From: Euglena gracilis
Lineage: Eukaryota
DNA: 64,000 nt
Reading direction: 5' to 3'
Assembly: GCA_039621445.1 (NCBI GenBank)
Contig: CP154954.1
Span: 9,240,634 to 9,304,633, forward strand
Shown: positions 25,544 to 37,939 of the stretch, one piece after another
How positions within the stretch are numbered: the stretch's first letter is position 1
How the letters are laid out: the number at the start of each line of letters is the position of its first letter
The notes under the pieces: model-generated
Databases searched by the model: none
What the model was told of the DNA's origin: nothing
The model's input: only the letters and a program-made list of their open reading frames with translations
Made by a program: the position numbers and the translations under genes

Positions 25544-28500
25544 GGACGAGGGGGTTCCCCGGCTCCTGTACGCTGTCGCTGGCCCCGTGCGCGAAGGTCA
25601 GCACGAGGTCCACCAAGTGGGCAAGCCGGGGGCAGCAGGGGCGACTGCCAACTCCCCCAGGGACCCTGATAGGTTCGCCAGACCTGGCGACACTGACAGC
25701 ATCCCTGGCACCAAGCACCTATGACAGACTCCAAATTTTAGCCCGCGGTCGGCTGCGGTCGGCTGCGGTCGGCTGCGGTCGGCAAAATAGTCGGCCGTAG
25801 GTGGGGGGCAAAAATGGTTAAAATGGCCAAAAGTGGGCAAAAGAGGCCAAAGAAAAGCTGTTTTGGCCACTGTTTTTGCGACTCCAGAAGCTGCACCTGG
25901 CGCAAAATAGTCAAAAATGATCAAAATGGACCAAAAAGTTACCAAAAGCAGGCAAAAATAACAAAAAAAAATTCCCAAAGTGGTCCAAAAAAAGCCAAAA
26001 ATGTCCCAAAATGGCCCTGCTTTTGGCCAATTTTGGTCACTTTAGCAGCTTTTTTTTTGTTCACTTTTGGCAACAAACTGGCATAAAATGCTCAAAAATG
26101 GTCAAATTGGACCAAAAAGAGACCAAAAAAATGGGCAAAAAAAAACACAAAAAAAGGTCGAAAATGGCTTTAAATGGTCAAAAATAGCCCAAAATGGCCC
26201 AAGAGCAGGACAAAACAAAAGCAAAAAAAAAAAAAAAACAAAAAAGAAAACAAAATGAAAAAAAAAAAAAAAAACAGAAAAAAAAAAAAAAGAACCTAAT
26301 CACTGACAAGCCAATGCGGTGGCAACCCATCCAGTCCTGATCAGGATACACAAAAAAAAAACAAAAAAAAATCCAAAAGATCGAAAAATGTAAAAAAAAA
26401 AAAAAAAAAAAAAGCAAACAACCCTATCACAAAAAGTGCAATCAATTAAAAAACCCCACAAAAGTTACAACACTTCTGTTCGTCACTGCGGGATTGGGCC
26501 ACCAACTCAAAAATCCCCTCGGTCCCAAAAACTTGACACCCCCACACCCCATCACATCCCCCCCCAGCTCATTAAATGTAAAACAAAAAAAAAAAACAAA
26601 AAAATGATAAGTGGCCAAAAAAGTGGAAAAATGTCAAAATAGGCAAAACGATGTTATGGTGACAATGGGCCAAAGTGGGACAAAAGCGACCTACAATTGG
26701 CCAAAGGGCCTGCCAAAAGTACACATGATCAGATTGCAGCCAGAAAAAATTCAAAATCTGGGATAAAAATGAGCCTAATTCCTCATTCTCACTGAAAAAG
26801 TGGCATCAATTAAAAAAAAGTAGCGCGGTCGGCTGCAGTCGGCTGCGGTCGGCTGTGGTCGGCAACCCACCTATGACAGTCCTGAAACCTGCGGTCGGCC
26901 GCGGTCGGCTGCGGTCGGTTGCGGTCGGCATAGGTGCTTGCCTGGCACCCCCACCAGATGGCCATTTCAACATACGTTCATCCTCCGGGAGGGTAAACAC
27001 GCAAAACAAAAAAAATGCTGATTTTTGCACTAAATATGCGAAGTATGCAGAAAAAGGTGTAGTCAAAACGGCCAGTGTCCCTCCTCTCCCGAGGACACAG
27101 GGGGGGGGATGTGCGGAGCGCATATTCCTCCAACCAACGTTTCCAACCTGCCCTCACTGAAAGTTGTCAGGATCCGCAACAAGGCCAAGGTGCCGACGAT
27201 GGCAGCAGGCAGTTTCTGTTCGTCACTCAAGGGGATTAATGGCCACTCAGCCGCTCACGAAATCCGTTGTTTGAATGCCCCAAATGACACCAGCACTTTC
27301 ACTGAATCGTTCGGTCAAAGGGCCCGGCTTACCGACCACTGGAAAAACTGGGCTGGCAGGAAAAATATTGCTGGCTGACCCCCCCCCATCTCCCCATTGG
27401 GGTTCCCCGGCTGGAACTAGACCCGACTTGGGGTCGAACCGGATACCAAGGTTTGGAAACTGCAAATGCTCTAAAAAACTGCCAATTGTGTAAAAATCTT
27501 TTTTTGACCCAAAATTTGCTAACATAAGCCCTTTACACCCATTTTCTCAGATTTTCTTCAGATTTGGCCTACTTTTGCCCCCCGAAAGCCAAAATTCCGT
27601 TACCCAAAATAAATAAAGCTCGTTGATGCGGGGGGAGGGGGTCCGAGGCTGGCAAAAGGCTGCAAACTGGATGGACCCCCCCAACTAAACTTCCTTTAGC
27701 ACACCCTAATCCAGTCTAAATATATATCAAAATAAGGAGCAGAAGACGTCCAGTACATTGCTTGAATTGTCTTGAATGAAACAAGAAGTAGAGTAATCAC
27801 AGGAAAGCTATCAAATATTTCTCTCATTTCAAATTTCAATTTTCTCTGGATCATTATTTATTTACACAAATGTGGCTTTTCCCTTTGAATCAAGGTGTTG
27901 AAAGAGCAACCCGTGCGCACCCCGCCCCTCCACCCATGACACGGCACCCAGAACACCGAGGCGGCCCACGCTGGCCGCGGATGGGCGAAGATGTCACCCC
28001 CGCAGCCGTCCAACACGCACGTCTGGGCGTTGGGGATGGCTTGGGCTACCCGCAGGCCCATGTTGTGGGCGGCGCCGCGGCACAGGCGGGAGGGGGTGAT
28101 GGCCTCCCGAGCGACATTGGGCGGCAACCATCACCGGCGCTGTACAGGAAGACCTGGAGGGGGGTGGGACCCCCCCCCTAGAATATCGGGATTCCCATAC
28201 CGCCCTGACCATGACAGCCCCCGACGGTGGCTGTCATGGGTGTCACGCGTGGGGGTGGATGGAGGTGGGGGGGTGGGGGGGGTGTCAGGTGGGGATAGGG
28301 TCCAGACCGTCCCATTGCTTACCGACCCCCCCCCGACGGGGGGGGAAGGAGGGGATCGCTTACACTTTCAAAAAGTTTCACTTTCAGGAAAAAAAATCAG
28401 AAAATCTGTCACTTTTCAAAAACCTGTGACCCATTCCTATCATTCCCATCATTCCCCCCCCCACTCCCCCCCGAACCTACCCCCCCCCCGGGTGCCTGAT

Positions 28501-31500
28501 AGGTTTTGTTGGAGTGACTGACTGGGTTTTGGCTCCGGAACCCCCTCCCTGTGGGGGGAATCGCCGAAAGTGTCCATCTGGCACCAGATTTTTTTTGTGC
28601 TCTTTGCCGAAATCTCTCTGCGCGAGCAAAAAGGTTGGTGTGTTCTCTCTGTCCCAAGACCTTTGGTTGGCCTGCTAATGAGTTGGACTCTCCCGCCAAC
28701 CTGGTCGTTTCCAAACTCAAACGGGAAGGGGTGTGAACATATACTTGGGTCTGATTTTGCGTCCATATGCCCATGCAAGATATAATGAATGAACAAATAA
28801 ATAGCTGTGCACGTGCACAGCAATGATTAATGTGCAGTTTTATTCTTACGCATGTATTTTTAGTAGGAAGTTGAATTCATTTTTCAGAAGCTGGCGTTTT
28901 GAACTGTCAACGCCTTTAAACAGCGGCAGGTTCCGGGGGGGGGGGGGGTGATAGAAATTGACCACCGCGGTGATAAAAAGGTTGAGTGGGTTCGCGGAGG
29001 TGAAGGAAACAAAAGATCACTGCCGGCTGTGTCAGGATCCACGGTAAATGTCGGCGTGTGTCGGTGAGTTGGGATGGAGGCAACAAAAATTATCATCAAA
29101 GTTTGGATGGCTATATCTGACACCTGGTCCTTGGCCACTCCTCATTCCAAACGAATGGCATCGGCAACCGAGGCTCCGGGTGACAGGCACCTGAACGTCC
29201 GACTTGCTGTGGATGACACAAGTCGGGATGGTGACCCAGGGGCAGGGGCACATCAGTCTCTCCAGCTGACGGGTTCAGATTAGGCCGGTAGTGGGCACTT
29301 TTAAAGTCTTGATACTCCAAAATGTGCTGTATGCGGTTATACATTTATATGAGCATATTACTTACACATTTATGTATTTATATTCTTTTAATGTTATCCA
29401 AAATCATTATTGCATTTCATTTGATGGGTCCATCTAAGGGCGATGAGTTAAAACACTTCAAGGGGCAAATAAAGCGCCACAAATCAATAATATACAACAT
29501 GAAAAATCGAAAATAGACACATATGGACAATACACACAGACTCAGATGGACAATACATTAAAATGATAAATCGAAGGCTGTGGCATCAGCGACAAAAATC
29601 AAATAACGTGCCAGGAAGTGAAACCATAATGCAGCCTTTGGATTAAAGATTCCACTCCAGGGTGCGTGCACATGGCATCCGCCACTTCAAACACCGGTTG
29701 GATGATCAACCACACGCGACTGCCACATGCACGAAAGCCAACATGAAGAACCCGATAAGAGTCCCCCGCCTTTGTGCTGGGCGACATGGACGTCTGTCAT
29801 GTTTGTGTGGCTCCTGGGCGGCTGGCCTTGTGCAGGTTGTCGAACTTGTCGGTGCAGAGCATGGACAGGGGGAGGAGGAGGGACAGGGGCCACAGCTTGA
29901 GGCGCAGCATGTCCAGCACGGACGTGAATGGCGAGATCAGCACCTGCGGATGAGGCGGCGGGTTGCCACCCGGGTGTGGGGGAGTGGGAGTTGTGTGTTG
30001 TCTGTGTGTGCACAGGTGTGGGTGTGTGTGTGGGTGCAGGGGTGGGTGGGCGGCGGGCGGGGGGGGGGGGGGCGCGTGTATGTGTGTTGTAGTAACAGCA
30101 ATGACGGCAAATGACAATAATGAAGACACAGAAAAAAAATGCCGGTTAAAGTTTGAAATTATGTGAGATATTGTTTCCCAAGATTTGAGGCAACGCAACC
30201 GTCTTCTCCGGGGGTCCCTTTCCAAATGGGCAGAACTGGAGGGGGAACGACACCATGCGGCCGCCGAAGCCCTGCAGGGACATCTCCAGCGCCACGCCGC
30301 ACCCGAGGGAGTGGCCCACGAGGATGACGGTGTGCTTCGGCACGCCGAGGCCGTACGGCTGCGGCGCGACGAGGTGGTCCAGCGCCGCGCGCGCGACGCG
30401 GTAGCAGTTCGCCTCCGACGGGGTGCCCTCCTTGGCCGGGGGCAGGCCCGCTGTGCCAGTTTGAAGTGCTCGCCCACCGGCAGGGATTTTCTTAAAGACC
30501 CCTCCCCGGGGGGGGGGGTCCAGCCTCCGGCTGGCAAAAAGGCTGCTGGCTGGAAATGAGCTGCTGGCTGGACCCCCCAGGGGGATAGGAGGGGGGGGGG
30601 TCTGGGGCTGGAGGGGGCTGGGCTGGGCTGGGTCGATGAAAAACAAAATTTTCTATTTCCATTTTGAAAAAAAACATTTTTGCTATTTTCGACATTTTGA
30701 TGGATGGAGCTAGATCAAGGCTGGGGCTGTGATGGAGGAAGCTTTGATGAGGGGGAGAAAATGCTGGGATAGGTGAGCTGGGCAGTCCAGTTGGCTGGAC
30801 CCGACTTTCCACTCTTCCAAAATACACAGTTCAACTTGTCCAAAAGCTAGCCAAGCGCGTTGGGTTGCGGGACCCTGGAGTGCCGAGGCAGGCAGGCACT
30901 TCAGAGGTCGCTGCCTGCCTGGTCGCGGGCCAAAACCGTCCAAGTTTGGCTTTTTCTGAGCTTTGTGTGCCTTGGTCGCCAAGTTTGGAGGCACTGTTGG
31001 CCAAGTGTCCCCCAGGCATCGGATCTGGGTGCCTGCCCAGGTAAGCAACCCCCCCCCCCCACCCTGACAAAGCGTGCAAGCCTGGGCAATCCGTAGCCGG
31101 GGAACTCCACCGCCAGGAAGCCGCAGCCGCGCCGCCAGGCGTCCCCGGAAACCTCGTGGAAACCCCATCAGGATACTTCCGCACAGGGGGCGGGCGCTAT
31201 TTTTGCGCGGGGCCCGGAATAGTTGCAGGGGGGAGCTCAGCATGAACCTTCAGCATACATCAGTCCATCTCTTTAAGGACCCGGTGGGATTGCTGGGCTG
31301 GGGCTGGAAATTTGGGCTGGTTAGAAATTTGGGCTGGCTGGCCGGGGGGGTGGAGCGGGGGGGGGGGGGACCCAGCTGGAACTGAGCTGAGCCGGTCAAG
31401 GCCAAAATCGAACAATTGCCTAAAAAGTGTCCTGCAAGGCACTGACAACCCCATCTTTCAAAAAAAAAGGCCCAAAACACCCCAAAATTACCTTTTTTTG

Positions 31501-34500
31501 GCCTTTTTTGAACACTGCTTTCAAAATTTTCGGCTGCACCCAGAAAAAAAGGGGCTGGTCAACAGGGCTAGCAGCATCCCCCGGAGGGTGCTGCTGCGGC
31601 TGGGCTGGGCTAAAATTGGGGCTGGCTGGTGCAGCCCCCCCCCCCCTGGGGGGTCTGCAAAACCTTGAAGAGATGCATGACCCTCTGAAAATAGAGAGGC
31701 AAATAAACATAAAACAAAAAAACACACAAACAAACTCAAATTTCGCCAAAAATCGAAAAACATTATAAAAAAAAAAGCAAAAATTACGTTCATTTTGCCC
31801 GCGCTCCAACACGGCAGAGACAGTCTTCCACATGTGAAGACTGTGGCATGTGAAGTGTTGGTAACAGCAAACCCGAGCTGCAGGGCCCGGCACCCGTGAC
31901 GCAGTAATCACCCTGGCAGTGGCCACCGTGGGCCTGCCCCCCCCCCTACCTCCATTCCTAATTGGGGTGGGCATTCCTAATCAGGACCTACCTCCCCCCC
32001 CCCTTGTCGTTGACACGCCAATGTTCCAGGAAAGTGTCGTTGACACGGGGGGTGTGTCAACGACACGCCGTGTCAACGACAAGGGGGGGGGGGGGAGGTA
32101 ACAATACACACACACACAAAAATAAAGCTTGTCCAAAAATAAAAACTGCCCAAAAATAGCTTTTAAGGAAAATATTCAGCTTTGACGCAGTTGAATGTGG
32201 CCATCCCTCGCAACTCTTCGGGGAAAAATTCACCAATTCCGGCGGGTTTCCGTGAAATTCATTACACCTTTGGACAATTCTGCAATTTTCTGCCCGGGCA
32301 GGGGAAGGGGCTGCCTGCCCGCCGCACAAAGTGCTCTGCGATGTGCACCGGGGTCCAGCCCAGCTGTTCGCCGTCGCCGTGGAAGTACACGACGGTCGGG
32401 GGCCAGGGGGCCACGGACGGTGGGGCAGGGTGTGGACACCTCCACACACACACACACACACACACACATGGACGCCCCACATTTCGTATTCTTGTGTTTG
32501 TGGGCCAATATTTCTGGCAGGTTTCAGGGGGCTTGCCAGGATGGCCAGGCACCTGGGTTATCCCGAAGGCATATCATGGCTTTAAAAAAGCCTGCCTTTT
32601 TTGTGCAAGCAAGTCAGTGATTGCAAGCCCTCGCAGTGTGACAAGTCAGCGGGTGCTGGTGGTGTTGCTTGAGTCTGAAATCCAAACAGCGCGGTCTGTT
32701 CTGTGTATGCCTTTCGGCAAACTCCAGCTACACTTTTCTAATTTTTAATTTCAAGCTCCTTTTTGAAAAAATGGGCCAGCATTCATCCGGTGCACTTCCA
32801 TCCGGGACCTCTGTGGGTTTTTCCTCTGAGCAACAGGGGTAAGAAGCCTATGTAGGGGTAAGAAGCCCATGTTCTTCCAGACGCGCAAACACACATCTCG
32901 TTAAGATTTGCCCCTCCTTACCGAACAACACGTATGTACGCTCTAAACTTCCCAGAAACCCTGACTTGAGTATCCAGAGCCGTCTGTATACCATGTGTAC
33001 ATTTGCTGGACATCCCCTTTGTAGGCTCACTTTGCACTGTACAATTCTCTCACCTTCACAGAAACTTCGGCTCGGAGTGATCCTCCTAGGCCGCTTTTCT
33101 TGTCTCTCTCGTTCAGAATGACAAAACTTGCTGCCAAAGCAACTGAAGAACGGTTCCTCGCATTGAAGGTTCCATATCCACTGGTGGCAATACCTTTGGC
33201 AAAAAACTGTCCCGGAAAGGGTGATCACTCAAGAAACGTCATTTCCCCAACAAAAGCAAAAAAAAAATCGTTCAGCGCTTCGCACCATCGCAAGTGGCTT
33301 CTCGTTGAAAACCCCAGAAAACAGAGTCGTCATTTTTCATCGCCCGGCGACGTGCTCGGAAACCACGACCTCCGCTTCTTTTTGGAGTTGGGGTCGCGCA
33401 ACGGCCGTTGCCCAGGGGCCTGCTGAGCGGCGCAGAGGGGGACCGGGCAGGGGCGTAGAGCGCCATGGCGGGACCGGCGGAGGGGTCATCCGTGTTGCGG
33501 CCACGGATTCGCTTAGGGCGGTTTTCCCCAGGCCCAGGCCCACCCACCCACGCTCGTTTTTCGACACCCCCCCCCCTGAGTTGCTTGTCTGATAACGACC
33601 GGCGCCAACTTCGCTTCCGGCCCAGTTTGCTGTGTGGTGAGTGGCCAGGGGCCCCAAACACTAGTGTTCTTTTGTTGCTCCGCCTGGCCGGGGGAGCAAC
33701 TCGGGTGTAATTCCAAGACTCCCCCAAGGGGGGGGGGGGGCGTCAACCCATCCACCCATCCACTCAAGACCCACCTGAAATCGGTGAAAACTGCGAGAGA
33801 GAAAAAAATCCCCACCTGGCCGTTTGTCGGGCTGGACTGACCCAGGGGGGCGGGGGTCGAGCTGCCCCATCCCACCCACCCATCCACTCTCGCCCCCCCC
33901 CCCGCCCCGGGTTGGGGTCACGCAGGGGTTAAGCAAACCGGTGGGGGAGGCGCAGCAGCTGCATATTGAACAGGCTGAAGGGGCACGCCCGCGGCGGGGG
34001 GGCGAAGATCAGCCGCCGCTGGAACCGCCACAGCGGCGCCTGGCCTTGGGGCCGGGGCCGCCGGCGCGGGGCGAGGCGACCACCGCACGCCGTTCGAACT
34101 GCGAAACAGAGGTGTGCAACCCATAACAAAATATAGCATAACGTTAAATAAAATGCAGAATAGAATACTGTGTGATGGTGACCGAACCCGGCCGAAAATG
34201 GCCTAAAATGGCCCAAAATGGCCGAAAATGGCCCAAAATGGCCAAAAATCACCCGATGGGGTCACCTTGACCCACCACCTCCACAGGGCAGCACCTCCAC
34301 AGGGCAGCACTGACAGGGGTTGCAATCATGTGTTGTCCAAAGCTGGAACCATACGCCACCCACCCCAGTGTTGACCACCTTGCCCCCTTGCCTGGGCTCT
34401 GATTTGAGTGGCAAACAAAAAAAGGTCGCAAATTATACAATTTTGCTCTCACACAACTGGCCGCAGATTTGCACACAGCCTTGTGGCACAGCTGGCTGGG

Positions 34501-34573
34501 GTGTGGGGCAGGTCGTGCTAGTGTGCACACACTATCACCGCAGCCCATGAGCTAACATGGGCTTTGGGGCTAT

Positions 34574-34614
<41 letters not shown>

Positions 34615-34711
34615 TATATATATATATACATATATATAGTATATATATATATATATATATATTATATAATAAATATATATATATATAGATATATAACATA
34701 TATATATAGAT

Positions 34712-34745
<34 letters not shown>

Positions 34746-35500
34746 AATATATATATATATATATAATATATAGGGTATGTATTATATATTATAATTTATC
34801 CTATTATATATATTATATATATTATATATTATATATAATATATAATATATACAAAAACCTTTTTGGAACACCATGCATAATGATTATATAATAATATGTC
34901 ATATAATTATACAATAATATATATAATAACATACATCACCAGGTGGTGAGGGGTGTTTTCCGCACAAGTGCTTTCCCGAGGCCAGCCCAGCGCAGAGACG
35001 ACGCTGAGGGGCATGAACACGTGCGTGATCATGCTGGGGAGCTGCCGGTGTGCAGCGGGCAGTGAAGCTGGAAGTCCCCGAGGGGCAAATGCAACGTTGA
35101 AAACTGGTGGGAGAACACATCCGCCAGGGGGGACAAAAAACAACAAAAATGGAGAAAAAAACCGAGGACGCACAGTAAGCGAATAATCAAGGGAAACCGG
35201 GGGAAATGAAAACAGAAAACCACGTGTGTGCCTATCCCCCCCCACCGTAACACACATCTCACCCCCCAGACCCCCGGCGGCCCTCTGGCCAACCCTGGAG
35301 CAGGTGGCGCAGTAGGAGGTGAGGGTTGAGCGCGCCCTTCAGTGGCTGGAGAAGCGCTCTCTGGCACAGGGTGGGGAGGTCGATGCTTGGCATGGGTCTT
35401 GGGTCTGCGGCGGCAGGGAAGGCGAGAATGGGCAAATAATAATATGCATTTGTTTGGTCGGTCCTGGTCGTCTGTCGAGCTCTTCCTGAGCATCGCAGGC
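25544..35500 (-). CDS. Alpha/beta hydrolase, ABHD13/ABHD17/BEM46-like, multi-exon
   Basis: Exons: ~34040-33945 (LWRFQRRLIFAPPP), ~33497-33440, ~32412-32355 (PTVVYFHGDGEQLGW), 31920-31900 (TARVITA), 31140-31088 (AWRRGCGFLAVEFPGYG), 30437-30254 (GTPSEANCY...VILVGHSLGCGVA), 29943-29820 (VLISPFTS...DKFDN), 29237-~29185 (PTCVIHSKSDVQVP), ~28070-27977 (HNMGLRVAQAIPNA), 25627-~25544. These give the family motifs FHG, EYPGYG-like, GxSLG (30302-30316), SPFTS and the IHxxxDxxVP acid motif. The start (possible exons at 34980-35090 and 35300-35500) and the end are uncertain. Confidence 0.85.
25712..26940. mobile_element. hAT-like non-autonomous element, same TIR family as 56515-56669
   Basis: TIR CAAGCACCTATG/CATAGGTGCTTG. 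Perfect 8-bp TSD CCTGGCAC at 25704-25711 and 26941-26948. Subterminal (GCGGTCGGCT)n repeats and an A-rich interior. Nested in a hydrolase intron. Confidence 0.9.
31989..32100. mobile_element. TA-flanked MITE
   Basis: Inverted ends of about 30 bp: TACCTC(n)TTGTCGTTGACACG / CGTGTCAACGACAAG(n)AGGTA. Confidence 0.7.
34571..34930. repeat. (TA)n AT-rich microsatellite
   Basis: Direct inspection. Confidence 0.95.
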
Positions 35501-36478
35501 TTCCATGGCAGTTATGCCAAAGAGGCGTACGTTCGAAGTTGGCTGAAAGGCCAAAGAGCGAATTCTTCAAACTTGGGGGAACCAATTTTTTGGTCCAGCG
35601 CATCAGGCATCGCTTGTCGCCAGGTGAGAGCAAATGGGTCAGTGGATCCCACCAGGGTTTTGTTTTCCTTCCCTCCCCCTTCTCCTTAGCGCGCCAAAAT
35701 ACAGGAAAAAGGCAGTTGGGGGGGGGTCAACGTGTCACCGTACTGTGGGATAAGAAACATTTTGGGCACAGGGAAAGTGTGGTTGACACGGGGGGGGGGG
35801 TGACATGGAAAAGCGGCATCAAAGGCAAGGTGGGGAGGTAGACCCATCCACTCAGGGAAAGAGGGAGTATCCCCTCCCCCTCTGGGGGGGGGGGGGGCGG
35901 GGACCACTATTTGGGGATCAAATTGGGTCAAAGACAGCTTCTGGCGCTTCGCGCCGAAAAGGCCAAAATGGCCAAACCCCCGTGTCCGGCAGGGGGCCTT
36001 GGGGGTGGGAGGATGGGTGTCCCGGGTGAGGGGGGACCACCCGCCCTAACTTCCCCTCCACCCCTGGGGGTCCAACCTTTAAATAAAAAAAAATACCCTG
36101 GGCCCTGAATCCCTGGACCTGACTCACAGGCAAGGGATGTCTCAAACAGGGTGTAGGGCCAAAATGACTAATTTTTGGCCCAGAACGAAGAGCCAAATCT
36201 AAAAACTGCTTGCGGACCAGAGTCCACCCAAAATGGGGCTTTTGGAACCGAAAGCAGGTTCTCTGTGAGAATTCTAAAACAATACCGGAAGCGTGGAAGC
36301 AACATTATGCCCCTCAGGAAACACCTGCGATTGGAACCCCCTCCACCCCTGGCAGGTGGGCACTGGGCGAGGATGAGGCCCAGCTGGGCACCAGACCAGG
36401 CTTCGCGTTAACAAGGGGGGTGCCGACCACAGCTACAGGGTGTCTACGGGCTACAGGGTGTGTGTGTGAGTGTGTCTA

Positions 36479-36524
<46 letters not shown>

Positions 36525-36758
36525 ATACACAGAGACACACACGCGACACGCACACACACACACACACACATGATTGAGAAATTTGGAATTGTGTGTGAAT
36601 TGAAAATTGTGTGTGTGTGAATAAAGAGTTTTTGGTGTCTTTTTATATTTACTCAGCCTTCGGCCTTGCCCCCCCCCCACAGGTTCCCTTTCATGCAACT
36701 GGTCGAATGTGATCCCCAAGGGTCGCACACGCGCACACGCAAATCTCCCCACACCCAT

Positions 36759-36824
<66 letters not shown>

Positions 36825-37939
36825 GCCACAAACACCTCAACACACCCCAACCCCCCCATTCTTGAAGGATGGCTGCTTGGGAAAGCTGAGATATTCTCGG
36901 CCAACGTTTTTTTTTTAAATTTTGGATGGCGGTGCTTCTTTCACATCGCGGTCTGCACTGATTAGAAATGGCCACCTCAATCAGGAATGGGAGTCTGGGG
37001 GGGTTATAACATGGAGGAACACAAACGAGTTTGTTTGTGATTTCCCCCGTTTTTAAATTTTGCCAAAATTTGTGTTGGTTATGTTTTTTGGTTGTTTTGT
37101 GTTTATTTGCATCGTGTTTTTTTGAGGGTCCGTGTTAACCCCCCCCCCCCGCCGTGGTGGTCGGGAGCTTTTTAGGGCCCTCAGTCGATTTACACTGCTG
37201 GCATGCGCCAGGGAACTGGTCCAGGCAAAACTTTGGCGGCGGGTGGGTCCAGCCCATACTCATCGGGTCCATGCGTGCATCCGCCCTTCAGATCCCTCCA
37301 GCGATTTCTTTGCAACTCCATTCTGAGGACCCATGACATACCGTCCTCCCCAACGTCTTACAATCACCTGCGTCTGTGTCGCCAGGGAGGGAACGCCACC
37401 GCCACAATACTGCCACCACTGGAGGGGGAAAGGATGAAGGTGTGGTGGCAGGTCGATGGAGGCTTCTGTTTCAGGAAGGTCGGCTGGGGGAATACTATGG
37501 GCAGGCGGGGAGGGGGGGGGCATTTTCGACCCCTCGCGGCTGTCGGGTTTCTGGTCCCCCCCCCACCCCAGTGTCTTCGGCTCCGAGGGGCCGAAAATGG
37601 TCATTTTAAAGGAAACTTGCGCCGGGGCCTGAGTCGACCCCAGCCAAGACCCAAAAATGACATCGGGTGTGTGTGTTGTGTGCGTGTGTCTGTGTGTGTC
37701 GGTGTGCACAGTTTGCGTCCCGTCGCACGAAGTGCTCCGCAATGTGCACAGGGACCACCGACCCAATCCTCGAAAAACCAACCAGCGCCGCGACAGTTTC
37801 ATGAATGCGTGGGAAAGGGACCAAAATCTCACATCAAACACAGCAGAAAAATGGCGGGGTGTTTGGAATAACGGGGGAAGTGCAGGTCAGGCATAATGCG
37901 CCAGTTCGCTCGGCAGCCAAGTGCACGGGGGGAGGGCGG

